DNA of 64,000 nt from NCBI GenBank assembly GCA_963847815.1, contig CAWKBF010000003.1:970935-1034934 (forward strand). The letters are read 5' to 3'. Shown one piece after another: positions 19,663 through 29,244 of the stretch. Source of the DNA: an uncultured Acidimicrobiia bacterium. Lineage in GTDB: Bacteria > Actinomycetota > Acidimicrobiia > IMCC26256 > JAENVU01. The first letter of the stretch is position 1. Every line of letters begins with the position of its first letter. A program made the translations under genes and the position numbers. The notes under the pieces are model-generated. The model searched no databases. It saw nothing but the letters and a program-made list of their open reading frames with translations, and had not been told where the DNA came from.

Positions 19663-20547
19663 TCAGTGACGCTGGAGCCAGTCGACGATGTCGGCGGTGA
19701 CCTCGTCGCGGTTCGTCTCGTTCAGGAGCTCGTGACGCGCGCCTTCGTAGAGCTTGAGGTCGACGGGAACGCCCGCGGACGCGAGCGCAGTGGCGAGCGT
19801 CGTCGCATGGGCGCCCATGCCCGCGGCCGGGTCCTGATCGCCTGCGATCACGAACGCGGGACAGGAGATCGCCGCGAAGTGCTCCCGTGCGGGGGCGACC
19901 ACGTCGAAGAGGTCGATGAAGTACCCGTAGGTGAGTGGGTTGCCCTCGCCGCACATCGGATCGGCGACGAACCGGTCGACTTCGTCGGGGTCGCGGCTGA
20001 GCCAGTCGGATGGCGTTCGCGCCGGCTGGAACGGGGCGTTGTTGCTGTCCAACAGGTCTGCTGCCGGTTCGTCGCGCATGCCCGCGTCGCCGACCCCCTG
20101 GAGGACGGCGGCGAGTGCAGCGGTGCCGTCGACATCGGCCGGGAATCCGCACAGCACGCTTCCGGCGAGACCGTCGGCGTGATGGGTCAGGTACGCAAGT
20201 GCGATGAGCGACCCCATCGAGTGTCCGAACAGGAAGACCGGCACATCGGTGCCGACGTTCGCGCTCGCTGCTGATCGGAGCTGGTGGACATCGTCGATGA
20301 CGCCACGACCGCCGCCGGTTCCCATGACGCCGGTCCCGGTCGACGCTGCGGTTCGTCCGTGCCCTCGGTGGTCGAGCCCGACCGCGGCGAAGCCGGCTTC
20401 GTTGAGGGCACGGGCGAAGCGGTCGTAGCGGCCGGAGTGCTCCGCAGCGCCGTGCGAGATCAGGACCAGACCGCGCGGAGCATCGATCGTCCACGCGCGG
20501 GTGAACACCTCGACGCCATCGGAGTCGACGAAGGTCTGCTCGTCCAT
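19663..20547 (-). CDS. Lysophospholipase/monoacylglycerol lipase-like alpha/beta hydrolase
   Basis: HGAAEHSGRY, DHRGHG, GHSMG, GDQDP, ARHELLNE. Confidence 0.9.
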   Translation of the reverse strand: MDEQTFVDSDGVEVFTRAWTIDAPRGLVLISHGAAEHSGRYDRFARALNEAGFAAVGLDHRGHGRTAASTGTGVMGTGGGRGVIDDVHQLRSAASANVGTDVPVFLFGHSMGSLIALAYLTHHADGLAGSVLCGFPADVDGTAALAAVLQGVGDAGMRDEPAADLLDSNNAPFQPARTPSDWLSRDPDEVDRFVADPMCGEGNPLTYGYFIDLFDVVAPAREHFAAISCPAFVIAGDQDPAAGMGAHATTLATALASAGVPVDLKLYEGARHELLNETNRDEVTADIVDWLQRH

Positions 20548-20575
20548 CACAGGTCTCCAATCCATTGCTGCGCGC

Positions 20576-21258
20576 TCATGGTGCGATCGGATCGGCGAGC
20601 ACGCCGCGGGCGCGGCAGCAGCGCGACCACGGCCGCGCCCTGGGTGGCGGGGAGCGCCCGCATGCCGGCTGCCGCTCGCTCACCGTCGCGGGCAACGATC
20701 GACTGGACCGTCTCGGTGATCCCACGTCGCTGGGGTTCGAGCGTGCCCGGCACCTGGGCGAAGAAGTTTCCGGGAACGATGTTCGTGACGCCACGCAACG
20801 CGGCTTCCAGGCGTGGGGAGCGGGCCATGGTCACGATCGTGCGGGTGAGCCGTTGGTTGATGGCATCGAACCGGGCGACGTCGTCCTCCGCGACGAGCTC
20901 GTGTTGCAGGGCGGTGAGCGCGATCGAGCTCGGTGTCGGTGCCGCGTTCACTCGCACGTTGCACGGCCAAGGCGTAGAGCGCGCCGAGGAGGTCGTAGTG
21001 ATCCCGTACCCAGTGCTCGTCGACACCATGGACGAATGCGCCACGACGCGGCTCGAGCGCGACCCAACCTTCGCGGTCCAGGGCGATGATCGCTTCCCGG
21101 ACCGGGATGCGGCTGACGCCGAGCGCCGTGGCGATCTCGTCTTGTGGCACGCGGTCACCGCGGCCGAGTGCACCGGTGACGATGAGCTCACGGATGTACC
21201 GGGCGACGCCGTCGGGGGAGGTCTCGGGAACGAGGTGCAGCGGGCTGGGGTCGGTCAC
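20576..21258 (-). CDS. GntR/FadR-family regulator with FCD domain; frameshifted
   Basis: LGVSRIPVREAIIALDREGWVALEPRRGAFV; the C-terminus continues in other frames. Confidence 0.8.
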
Positions 21259-21301
21259 CAGCGGACCATAGGCAAGCGTGGACGGAGTGTGGCGGCCATC
21301 G

Positions 21302-21316
21302 TGTATATGATATACA
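21302..21316. promoter_or_regulatory. Palindromic GntR-type operator TGTATAT-G-ATATACA
   Basis: Perfect AT-rich inverted repeat between the divergent gntR and crotonase genes. Confidence 0.7.
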
Positions 21317-21322
21317 ACGCGA

Positions 21323-22111
21323 ATGCAGAGTGAGCTTGGGTCTCAGTTCCTCCATTGGGAGCAGCGCGACTCCGTCGGTTGGGTGCGCATTGATCGGCTG
21401 GACAAGCGCAATGCCCTCACCCCGAACATGTACTTCGGCATCCGGACCGCGGTCGACCGGGTCAACCAGTCACCGAAGCTGCGTGCGCTCGTGATCACCG
21501 GGACCGGCGACGTCTTTGCTCCGGGTGGCGACCTCACCGGCGCCGGTGAAGAAGGCGAGCTCGACGTCGGACGGATGCTCGGCTCCGGTGTCGTGCCGTT
21601 CGACGCGATCCGGGAGTCGCGGAAACCCGTCGTGTCGATGGTCAACGGCCTCTGCATGGGCGGCGGCCTGCTCATTGCGATGCTCTCGGATGTCGCGATC
21701 GCCAGCGACCGCGCCAGCTTCGGCGCTCCGGAGCTTCGACGAGGAGTTGCCGACGCGTATCACGCTGCGGTGTTGCCCGAGCAGGTTGGCATCGCCGTTG
21801 CGCGCGACATGCTCTTCACCGGCCGTCGCCTGAGCTCCGAGGAAGCGCTCCGCTACGGGATCGTCGCGCGCGTCGTTCCGCATGAAGATCTGCTCGAGAC
21901 GACGGAGATCGTCCTGCACGACCTCCTCCTCTCTGCGCCCCGAGCCCGGGCCGCGCTCAAGCGCATCATGAACGCGCGCTATGGCTCGGTGGACAAGCTC
22001 ACGTTCGACGAGTCGATCGCCGGCGACGAAGTGGTCGAAGGCTTCACTTCGTTCATCGAGAAGCGTGCGCCGTCGTGGGTGCCGCCCGAGTTCGAGACCG
22101 GCCGCGCCTGA
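21323..22111 (+). CDS. Enoyl-CoA hydratase/isomerase family protein
   Basis: KRNALT, VFAPGGDL, KPVVSMVNGLCMGGG, APELRRG, FIEKRAP. Confidence 0.9.
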   Translation: MQSELGSQFLHWEQRDSVGWVRIDRLDKRNALTPNMYFGIRTAVDRVNQSPKLRALVITGTGDVFAPGGDLTGAGEEGELDVGRMLGSGVVPFDAIRESRKPVVSMVNGLCMGGGLLIAMLSDVAIASDRASFGAPELRRGVADAYHAAVLPEQVGIAVARDMLFTGRRLSSEEALRYGIVARVVPHEDLLETTEIVLHDLLLSAPRARAALKRIMNARYGSVDKLTFDESIAGDEVVEGFTSFIEKRAPSWVPPEFETGRA

Positions 22112-22135
22112 GGCCCCGCCGAAATGCGGGGCCTC
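22110..22135. terminator. GC-rich hairpin between convergent genes
   Basis: GAGGCCCCGC-CGAAAT-GCGGGGCCTC, 10-bp perfect stem. Confidence 0.65.
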
Positions 22136-22152
22136 GCGGCGTTGTCCGGCTG

Positions 22153-22413
22153 CTATCCGAGCGTCGGCGTGAGCCCGTCGACGCTCATCTCGTAGTACTC
22201 GTTGTCCGCCCAGGCCCCGACCGCGCCTTCGACCACTTCGCGCACTGCATCCACCGATGCGCCTTCCCAGATGCAGATGCCGAGCGTGTGATCCTTCGTC
22301 GCCGCATGGATCGGGAGCGCCACGCTCGCGGGAAGCCCACCTTCCAGCGCCTTCGCTTCGGCCTTCTCGAAGCCTTCGGGATCATGGATCTTGTGAATGA
22401 CCGTCACGAACAT
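22153..22413 (-). CDS. Small hypothetical protein (86 aa)
   Basis: MFVTVIHKIHDPEGF...ICIWEGASVDAVR...NEYYE; RBS AAGGAG upstream. Confidence 0.75.
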   Translation of the reverse strand: MFVTVIHKIHDPEGFEKAEAKALEGGLPASVALPIHAATKDHTLGICIWEGASVDAVREVVEGAVGAWADNEYYEMSVDGLTPTLG

Positions 22414-22579
22414 ACGTATCTCCTTGTCCCATCCGGGTGACCGCCGGGTGCGGACCCTGGGAGCCGTAGTGTGCGCCCTCGCCCGCCTCATTTGCGCGTC
22501 ACCCGTGATCGGCGAGACTGACGAGGCGGGAAGGTGAGGGCTCTGCGTGCGCTTGGTCGATCGCCGACGGATGCAGCGG

Positions 22580-23076
22580 TCAGGGCGTGGCGTCATCCGC
22601 GAGCAACGCTCGTACGTTGTCGTCGATCCGGTCGAGTGCATTCGCGAGCAGATCGAGCTCACTCTCGTCGAGACCGTCGAACACGAGTTGGCGTTGCTCG
22701 ATCGAGCTCTTGCGGAGTGTCGCGACCAGTGCCCGACCGGCCTTGGTGAGCGACACGAGCCAGCTCCGTCGGTCCGCCGGATCGGGGAACGCTCCAGATG
22801 CCCCCGGGCGACGAGCGCGTCGACGAGTCGACTGACGTTCGGCGGATCGCCGAGCACCGGTTCCGCCAACGCGACTTGGCGGACCGGGTCAAGCTGAGCA
22901 ACCCGGGCGAGCACGAACCACTGTTCCGGTGACAGGCCCGGTTCATGTCGGTCGAGGAAGCGGGCCAGGTGGGTTCGCAGCAGACGGTTCGTGCGGTGGA
23001 TGCGAAACGCCATGGCGTCGTCGAGGTCCGGAGAGGAATGGCGTCCACCCGGTCGCGTCGAGCGTGAGCGAGCCAT
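22580..23076 (-). CDS. MarR-family regulator; frameshift near 22783
   Basis: LSPEQWFVL, NVSRLVDALVARGHLER, then DRRSWLVSLTKAG in the shifted frame. Confidence 0.85.
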
Positions 23077-23078
23077 GG

Positions 23079-23378
23079 TCAGGGGCCAACCCGGTCAGAC
23101 ATGTAGTACGCCGAGTCCGGCGCGCCGTCCATGAGGGGAAACAGCACCGCGCCTCCAGCCTTGAAGTATTCCGAGCTGAGGTACGCGTCGGCCGCCGCTC
23201 GGTCGCTCCACTCCTCGTACACGAGGACGCTGTTGGCGTCCGAAGGGTTGACGTAGACGGCAAAGCGTTCGCAGCCCCCGAAGCGGCTCGGTACCTCCAT
23301 GGCTTCCTTCTGAAGCTGGGCGATGAACCGGTCGCGACCTTCGGGCAGGACACGGACGGCAACCCTCACAGTGAACAT
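23079..23378 (-). CDS. Antibiotic biosynthesis monooxygenase (ABM) family protein
   Basis: GCERFAVY, VYEEWSDRAAADAY; GGAG upstream. Confidence 0.8.
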   Translation of the reverse strand: MFTVRVAVRVLPEGRDRFIAQLQKEAMEVPSRFGGCERFAVYVNPSDANSVLVYEEWSDRAAADAYLSSEYFKAGGAVLFPLMDGAPDSAYYMSDRVGP

Positions 23379-23403
23379 CTCCACTCCATTCATGGCTAGC
23401 GCA

Positions 23404-23423
23404 ATAGTGGCGTACGCAACTAT
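23404..23423. promoter_or_regulatory. Putative MarR operator ATAGTGGCGTACGCAACTAT
   Basis: 20-bp palindrome with one mismatched pair, directly upstream of the ABM-marR operon. Confidence 0.65.
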
Positions 23424-23514
23424 ACACACTTGAGCGGCATGAGACAGCGTGGGTCAAGATTGTCGTGGACAGGGTGCGGCGACGGTCTTCGGACGATCGG
23501 GGAGCGCCGCGCCA

Positions 23515-24405
23515 TCATTCAGGTCGGTCACCGACGATGGTGGCGCGTTCCATCACCCGGCGTTGTGGGAAGTAGTCGGACACCGCGTAGTGCTGAGTGC
23601 AGCGGTTGTCCCAGAACGCGATCGATCCCGCGGCCCAGCGGAACCGGCACTGGTACTCGGGGACGCGCGCGGACGCCGCGAGCGTGCGGATCAAGGCACG
23701 CCCCTCCTCCAGCTCCATGCCGACGATCTCCGTCGTGAAGATCTCGTTGACGTAGAGGAGCTTGCGGCCCGTCTGCGGGTGGGTCCGCACCACCGGGTGG
23801 CGCGCGGGTGGGTACTCCGTGCGCATCTCGGCGAGGCGTTCGGGCTCGAGGGCCAGTCCGAACGACGCCGCAAAGTCATGGACGGCGACGAGCCCGTCGA
23901 TCCGCTCCTTGAGGGCGTCGTCGAGGCCGTCGTACGCCGCGCCCATGTCGGCCCACAGCGTGTCGCCCCCGATCCCGGCCGGGACGATGCACCGCAGTAC
24001 CGAACCGAGGGACGGCGCCTCGCGCCAGGAGACGTCGCTGTGCCAGATGTTCTCGTAGCCGAGCTCGTCCGGCCCCTTGTCGAAGCGCACCACCTCGGGG
24101 ACCTCACCGGCGACGAGGAACGGATGGATCTCGAGCTCTCCCCACCGGCGCGCGAAGTCGCGGTGCTGCCGACCCGTCAGGTCCTGGTCGCGGAAGAAGA
24201 GCACCTTCCACTCCAGGAGGGCACGGTCGAGCTCGGCCCAGAGCTCGTCGTCGAGGGGTTCGCGCAGGTCGAGGTCGAGGACCTCGGCGCCGATCGTCGG
24301 GCTGTACGGGCGGAGCTGGAGTCGCTCGTACACCTCCGGCGTGTCGAGGGTGCGGTGGAGATCGTGTGGTCCGGCGACCAGGCCGGAACGGATCGTGTAC
24401 GTCAT
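23515..24405 (-). CDS. TauD/TfdA-family Fe(II)/2-oxoglutarate dioxygenase
   Basis: VLFFRDQ, WHSD (HxD), GGDTLWA, HPVVRTHP, FWDNRCTQHYA, RVMER. Confidence 0.92.
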   Translation of the reverse strand: MTYTIRSGLVAGPHDLHRTLDTPEVYERLQLRPYSPTIGAEVLDLDLREPLDDELWAELDRALLEWKVLFFRDQDLTGRQHRDFARRWGELEIHPFLVAGEVPEVVRFDKGPDELGYENIWHSDVSWREAPSLGSVLRCIVPAGIGGDTLWADMGAAYDGLDDALKERIDGLVAVHDFAASFGLALEPERLAEMRTEYPPARHPVVRTHPQTGRKLLYVNEIFTTEIVGMELEEGRALIRTLAASARVPEYQCRFRWAAGSIAFWDNRCTQHYAVSDYFPQRRVMERATIVGDRPE

Positions 24406-25079
24406 TGGCTGTCCTTCCGATGGCCTCGCTCGACGAGCTCGATGGTGCGATCGGACATCGGTGCCGAGAGCATCGCGACGATGCTGTCAACGAGCATCGA
24501 TGCGAGAACCGCGGGGAGGGAACGCCGGCTCGTCGGGCGTCGCGGTCGCATTCGAAGTCGGCCAGCGCAGTCACGACGGAGCGGGCCGCGAGGTCGACGC
24601 GCTGGTTGCGGACCGGCCCGGGCAGCGCGTCGAGGTGGCGGAACAGTCCGGCGGTGACCGCCTGCAGGCCTTCGAGCACTGGTTGGTCGAGCGCGGTGAA
24701 GCGAGCGTCGGCCGCCGGGGTGCTGAGGTACGCGGCGAGGAAGCACCGCGTAGTGGCTCGGCCCCGGGCCGGCGTCGAGCGCTGCTACCAGCGGCTCGAC
24801 CAGCGCGCGGACGAGGGTTGGGAGGTCGGCCACAGCGCGGCCACCGGCGTCGGCGAGCATTGCGAGCCGGCGCTCGTTGATCGGTGCCATCCGGCGCTCG
24901 AACAGCGCGTCGAGCAGCTCGTCGCGAGTACCGAAGTGGTACGCGGCCGCGGACGTGTTGCGCGCCGCCGCGGTCGCGGCCACAGCCCGGAGTGACAACC
25001 CCCCGATGCCATGCTCGGCGACGAGGCGCTCCGCGGCGTCGAGCAGCGCGTCCTTCGTCGCGGTCGCGGTCCGGGCCAT
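24402..25079 (-). CDS. TetR-family regulator; frameshifted C-terminal half
   Basis: TKDALLDAAERLVAEHGIGGLSLRAVA...NTSAAAYHFGTRDELL. Confidence 0.85.
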   Translation of the reverse strand: MARTATATKDALLDAAERLVAEHGIGGLSLRAVAATAAARNTSAAAYHFGTRDELLDALFERRMAPINERRLAMLADAGGRAVADLPTLVRALVEPLVAALDAGPGPSHYAVLPRRVPQHPGGRRSLHRARPTSARRPAGGHRRTVPPPRRAARAGPQPARRPRGPLRRDCAGRLRMRPRRPTSRRSLPAVLASMLVDSIVAMLSAPMSDRTIELVERGHRKDSQ

Positions 25080-25081
25080 CC

Positions 25082-25111
25082 CAGGATCTAACGCAGATGC
25101 GTTAGATCCTG
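25082..25111. promoter_or_regulatory. TetR-type operator with perfect 14-bp arms, overlapping the tetR promoter
   Basis: CAGGATCTAACGCA-GA-TGCGTTAGATCCTG; TTGACA on the minus strand at 25115-25110. Confidence 0.8.
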
Positions 25112-25189
25112 TCAAGCAGCGTCGTCGCGTGGGCCCGTTGCGGTTTGGTAGAACGGGAGCAGGCCCTCGAATCTCTGGAGACTGCTCTC

Positions 25190-26113
25190 ATGCCGAACCC
25201 CCAGCACGCCATCCTCACGAACCTCGAGAAGTACCAGTGGTACACCCACATGAGCCGCACCGACGGCGCGGACCTCGGGGTCATCAAGGCGGCCATCCGC
25301 GACGCGCGCGCGGCCGGTGCCGAGTCCGGGGTGACGGTGCCGATCAACGTCTGCATCCTGTTCGGCCCGACGCTCCTCGCGGACCTCACCGAGGACGTGC
25401 CCGAGGACTTCCAGCCGTACCCCGGCTACGAGTCGCCCGACGGCAAGGTGGCCAAGGGCACGCAGGAGGAGCTCCTCCTGTGGGTGCACTCCGCGGACAA
25501 GGACCTCTGCTGGGAGACGCAGTTCAACTTCCGCAACGCCGTCGCGGGCCACATGACGGTCGCGCGGGAGACGCCGACGTTCATCTACCGCAACAGCCTC
25601 GACCTCACCGGCTTCATCGACGGCACCGGCAACCCGGAACCCGAGGACCAGTACGACCGGGGGATCGTGCCCGACGGTCAGAAGGGCGCGGGAGGCTCCT
25701 TCTGCATCGCGCAGCGCTGGGTGCACGACCTCGACTACTTCAACGGGCTCTCGCTCGAGGACCAGGAGAACACCTTCGGTCGCACGAAGGCGGACTCGAC
25801 CAAGCTGGGGACGCAGGTCCCGACCTCGCACCTTGCCCACGTCGAGCTGACCGAGGGCGACACTGGTGCGGACGGCCCGCCCAAGCGGGGCGAGATGGTG
25901 CGGCGCTCGACGCCGTACGCGTTTCACGACGGCACGGTCGGTCTCTACTTCATGGGCTTCTGCAAGGAGCAGGCACCGATGCGGGAGCGGATGGAGGCGA
26001 TCTACGGCATGAACGGCCAGGCCCGCGACGCGCTCACCGACTACTCGACGCCCGCGTCGGGCGCCTTCTATTTCGCGCCGTCGGCCGAGACGCTCGACGC
26101 CATCACCGGCTGA
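25190..26113 (+). CDS. DyP-type heme peroxidase
   Basis: GFIDGTGNP (GxxDG), GGSF, QRWVHDL, FGRTK, SH, RRSTPY, GLYFMGF, FYFAPS. Confidence 0.92.
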   Translation: MPNPQHAILTNLEKYQWYTHMSRTDGADLGVIKAAIRDARAAGAESGVTVPINVCILFGPTLLADLTEDVPEDFQPYPGYESPDGKVAKGTQEELLLWVHSADKDLCWETQFNFRNAVAGHMTVARETPTFIYRNSLDLTGFIDGTGNPEPEDQYDRGIVPDGQKGAGGSFCIAQRWVHDLDYFNGLSLEDQENTFGRTKADSTKLGTQVPTSHLAHVELTEGDTGADGPPKRGEMVRRSTPYAFHDGTVGLYFMGFCKEQAPMRERMEAIYGMNGQARDALTDYSTPASGAFYFAPSAETLDAITG

Positions 26114-26116
26114 CCG

Positions 26117-26812
26117 TCAGAGTCGAGGGAGGCGCACGACCGAGAAGATGGCGTAGCCGGCGAGGAGGACCGCAACGAGGTTGACCCCCGCGCGCAGCGT
26201 CTTGTCCTTCATGCGTTGAGCGATCGCGACGAGGAAGAGCACCATCGCGAACAGGACGGTGTCACGCACGTACTTCTCGCCGGTCTCGCGGGCCTCGGTC
26301 CCCTCGTCGAAGGCGCCGCTGGCCGTGGCGTTCAGCTCGGCGGCCTTCTCGATGTCGGGATTCTTGTACTGCGGCATGCCGGCGGGTCCCGGCGGCGCCG
26401 CGGGATTGACGAACGGATCGAGCGCGAGCCAGGCGTCGAACGCGACCTTGAAGTCGGGCGTGAGTCGTTTGGAGAGCAGGGTCTCGAGCTCAGTGTTCCC
26501 GTCCGAGTGCGCCTGCAGGTACGCGGTGAAGATCCCGGCGTCGGCGGCGAGGCGCTGGTCGCCGGTGGTCGTCGCCGCCTCGGCCTCGAAGCGGTCCCGG
26601 CTGGAATGGCCGTAGAGCAAGGATTGACGGCCATCGAACTTGGCGGCCTGGAACCCACTCCACGCGGTGGCGATGGCAACGACCGCGAGCAGACCGACTT
26701 CGAGGATCTCGAGGAACCGGTGCCACCCTTCGCGATGGCCCCCGTCATGCTCGTCCGCCTCGGTCAGCGAGTGCGCGATCTCGACGTTCGCCCCCTCGGG
26801 CATCGCGGCCAC
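26117..26812 (-). CDS. Hypothetical membrane protein (DUF4337-like)
   Basis: ATAWSGFQA, FDAWLALDP, C-terminal TM pair. Confidence 0.7.
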   Translation of the reverse strand: MAAMPEGANVEIAHSLTEADEHDGGHREGWHRFLEILEVGLLAVVAIATAWSGFQAAKFDGRQSLLYGHSSRDRFEAEAATTTGDQRLAADAGIFTAYLQAHSDGNTELETLLSKRLTPDFKVAFDAWLALDPFVNPAAPPGPAGMPQYKNPDIEKAAELNATASGAFDEGTEARETGEKYVRDTVLFAMVLFLVAIAQRMKDKTLRAGVNLVAVLLAGYAIFSVVRLPRL

Positions 26813-26917
26813 CTCCTGCTCGACGAGCCACGATCATGACCCAGCTCCGGGCCATGGCGGTGGTCTTCTCCTCGTCGTCCACGTTGATGCTCCGGCGGTA
26901 GCCGGCACAGCGTCCGG

Positions 26918-27361
26918 TCAGCTCCGGGCTTCGAGCTCCTCGAAGCGGGCGAGCGCGGCTGTGAGCTGCTCGGGGGCGAAGGTCTCGGTGCGGGTGATAC
27001 GGCCGTCGATCATGTCGCTCACCATCAGCGTCTCGAACTCGACGTCGGCTCCTTCGTTCGACGTGCCGCGCGCCACCTGGCGGCTCGGGGCCTCGCCCGC
27101 GGCGACCACCACCTCGCCCGTGTTGATGCCGACCCGGAGGGTGAGCGCGCTCTTCCATCGTAGGTCGCGAGCAGGTCGGGTGCGGCTCGTCCGGTCACGA
27201 CCAGATCGAGCTTCCACGCGAGGTTCGCCGCGTCGCGGATCCCCGAGCACATGCCCTGGCCCGCGAATGGGGGCATCAGGTGCGCGGCGTCGCCGGCGAG
27301 GAAGGTCCGACCGACCTGCCTGTCCCTCGCGGTTCTCGTGACCGCAGCTTGCACATTCCAA
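26918..27361 (-). pseudogene. Chimeric remnant: adenylate/guanylate-cyclase-family fragments with an inserted FAD-monooxygenase fragment
   Basis: [13 protein letters not shown]; [12 protein letters not shown]; AALARFEEL; out-of-frame [30 protein letters not shown]. Confidence 0.7.
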
Positions 27362-27499
27362 TGCCCGGGCTCCTGACCGACTCCCTGCGACCGGCATCGT
27401 AGGTCGCGGTCAGGCAACGAGTGCCCGTGACGACGTCGCTCCCACGGAGACGTGCACTCCGCTGCATTGGTGCGCCGGTGGCCCGGCTCTGGATGCTGT

Positions 27500-27949
27500 C
27501 TACGTCCCGGAGGTCTTCGCCGGCTTGGCTTCGGCCGTCGTGCCGCCTGGGGCTGTCGGCGGAGCGCCACTGGACCGGGTCTGGAGCCCGAACGATTCCG
27601 CGAGTCCGGTGATCTCCATCACGGTCCTCGGTTGCGGCGGCACTGATGAGAGCGTGAGCTCGGTGCCATGGTCGGCGGCCTCGCGACGCGCGGTGTTCAG
27701 TGCGTTGAGTCCCGAGCTGTCCATGAACGTGACGTGGCGCAGGTCGATGACGATCCGGTTCACCGGCAGCGCGAGGGTCGCTCGGGCATCGCGAAGCATC
27801 AACGGCGCGGTCACGAGGTCGATGTCACCGCGCGGCAGGACGACTGCGTCGTCGTCGACGTAGGTGACCTCACACCGGAACGGCGCGTCCGGATCGGGTC
27901 GAGGCTCGGGTACGGCCACGTCGTGCTCGCGGCCGCGTGTTCCATCCAT
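27500..27949 (-). CDS. STAS-domain anti-sigma factor antagonist
   Basis: [29 protein letters not shown]. Confidence 0.88.
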   Translation of the reverse strand: MDGTRGREHDVAVPEPRPDPDAPFRCEVTYVDDDAVVLPRGDIDLVTAPLMLRDARATLALPVNRIVIDLRHVTFMDSSGLNALNTARREAADHGTELTLSSVPPQPRTVMEITGLAESFGLQTRSSGAPPTAPGGTTAEAKPAKTSGT

Positions 27950-28117
27950 TGGTAGAGCCTCCAGGGTCTGGAGAGGGGTCACCGTGTCGTTCTACGCCGC
28001 CGCGTCTGCATCCGGATGGTGGATCTCATGATCATTGGGCACGGGGTTGCCGGTGGTGTCGCCCGGGTACCGCCACGCTCACCGAAACACGACGACATCG
28101 AGAGGACGGCGAGCAGG

Positions 28118-29098
28118 ATGGTCTCCATCGGCTACACGATCATGAGCGAGCAGGCGGGTCCGAAGCAGCTGGTGGAAGATGCGGTTCGGGCCGAACGGGC
28201 CGGGTTCGACTTCCTGGCCGCGAGCGACCACTACTTTCCCTGGCTCCAGGAACAGGGTCATGCGCCGTACGTCTGGGCGGTGCTGGGCGCAGTCGCGCAG
28301 GCGACCGAGAGCATCGAGCTCATGACGTACGTGACCTGCCCGACGATGCGGTACCACCCGGCAGTCGTTGCCCAGAAGGCGGCCACCGTGCAGCTGCTGT
28401 CCGACGGTCGGTTCACGCTGGGCCTCGGCGCAGGGGAGAACTTGAACGAACATGTCGTCGGCAAGGCCTGGCCGCCCGCCGACATCCGTCATGAGATGTT
28501 GAGCGAGGCGCTCGAGATCATCCAGCCGCTGCTCGCGGGAGAGACCGTCACCTTCAGAGGTGTCCACCTCTCGACTGAGAACGCGAAGATCTGGGACCTG
28601 CCGCCGGTCGCCCCGAAGATCGGCGTCGCGGTCTCAGGCTCGAGGAGCTGCGAGCTTGCCGCGGCGTACGCCGACGCGATGATCGCGGTAGAGCCCGAAG
28701 CGGATCTGGTGCATCAGTTCGATGCGGCCGGAGGGGCAGGCAAGCCGCGGATCGGCCAGGTCGGACTGTCCTTTGACGCGGATGTGGCGGTCGCCAAGAA
28801 ACGGGCGCACGAACAGTTCCGCTGGTTCGGCGGCGGCTGGAACGTCAACGCTGAGCTTCCCGGCCCGGAGCACTTTGCGTCCGCCTCGCAGTTCGTCACC
28901 GAGGAAGACGTCGCCGAGCAGCTGCCGTGCGGACCGGACATCGAAGAGCACGTCGCCGGGGTGCGAAAGTTCGTCGACGCCGGCTTCTCCCACGTCGCGG
29001 TCGTGCAGATTGGTGGTGACGCCCAAGGTCCGTTCTTCGACTGGGCGGAGGCGGAGCTCCTGCCGGAGCTGCGGAAGCTCGACGACAGCGGAGGCTGA
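28118..29098 (+). CDS. F420-dependent LLM oxidoreductase, G6PDH family (TIGR03557-like)
   Basis: EQAGP, SDHYFPW, TCPTMRYHPAVVAQ, GAGENLNEH. Confidence 0.92.
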   Translation: MVSIGYTIMSEQAGPKQLVEDAVRAERAGFDFLAASDHYFPWLQEQGHAPYVWAVLGAVAQATESIELMTYVTCPTMRYHPAVVAQKAATVQLLSDGRFTLGLGAGENLNEHVVGKAWPPADIRHEMLSEALEIIQPLLAGETVTFRGVHLSTENAKIWDLPPVAPKIGVAVSGSRSCELAAAYADAMIAVEPEADLVHQFDAAGGAGKPRIGQVGLSFDADVAVAKKRAHEQFRWFGGGWNVNAELPGPEHFASASQFVTEEDVAEQLPCGPDIEEHVAGVRKFVDAGFSHVAVVQIGGDAQGPFFDWAEAELLPELRKLDDSGG

Positions 29099-29130
29099 CG
29101 CCTCGGCCCGGGTGCCGAAGCTGAAGGGCG

Positions 29131-29244
29131 CTACTTGCGCTTGCCGCTGCTCTTTCGGGCCCGACTCCGCTGCTTCTTGCCGGCCGGCCCTTCGGGGCTG
29201 CCTGCTGGAGTGTTGCTGTCGCCCTTCTTCTTCGCCTTCGCCAT
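29131..29244 (-). CDS. Putative 37-aa Lys/Arg-rich small protein (below the ORF-track cutoff)
   Basis: MAKAKKKGDSNTPAGSPEGPAGKKQRSRARKSSGKRK*, mostly G/C-ending codons, TGATG-coupled to a uORF at 29244-29282. Confidence 0.55.
   Translation of the reverse strand: MAKAKKKGDSNTPAGSPEGPAGKKQRSRARKSSGKRK

Noticed and set aside
22153-23076. 307-aa MarR-fusion ORF in the track
   Set aside because: It results from a frameshift in marR reading through an intergenic region into a separate gene that has its own AAGGAG RBS.
25190-26113. DyP as encapsulin cargo
   Set aside because: It ends ...LDAITG with no GSLxIGSL-like targeting peptide, and no encapsulin gene is adjacent.
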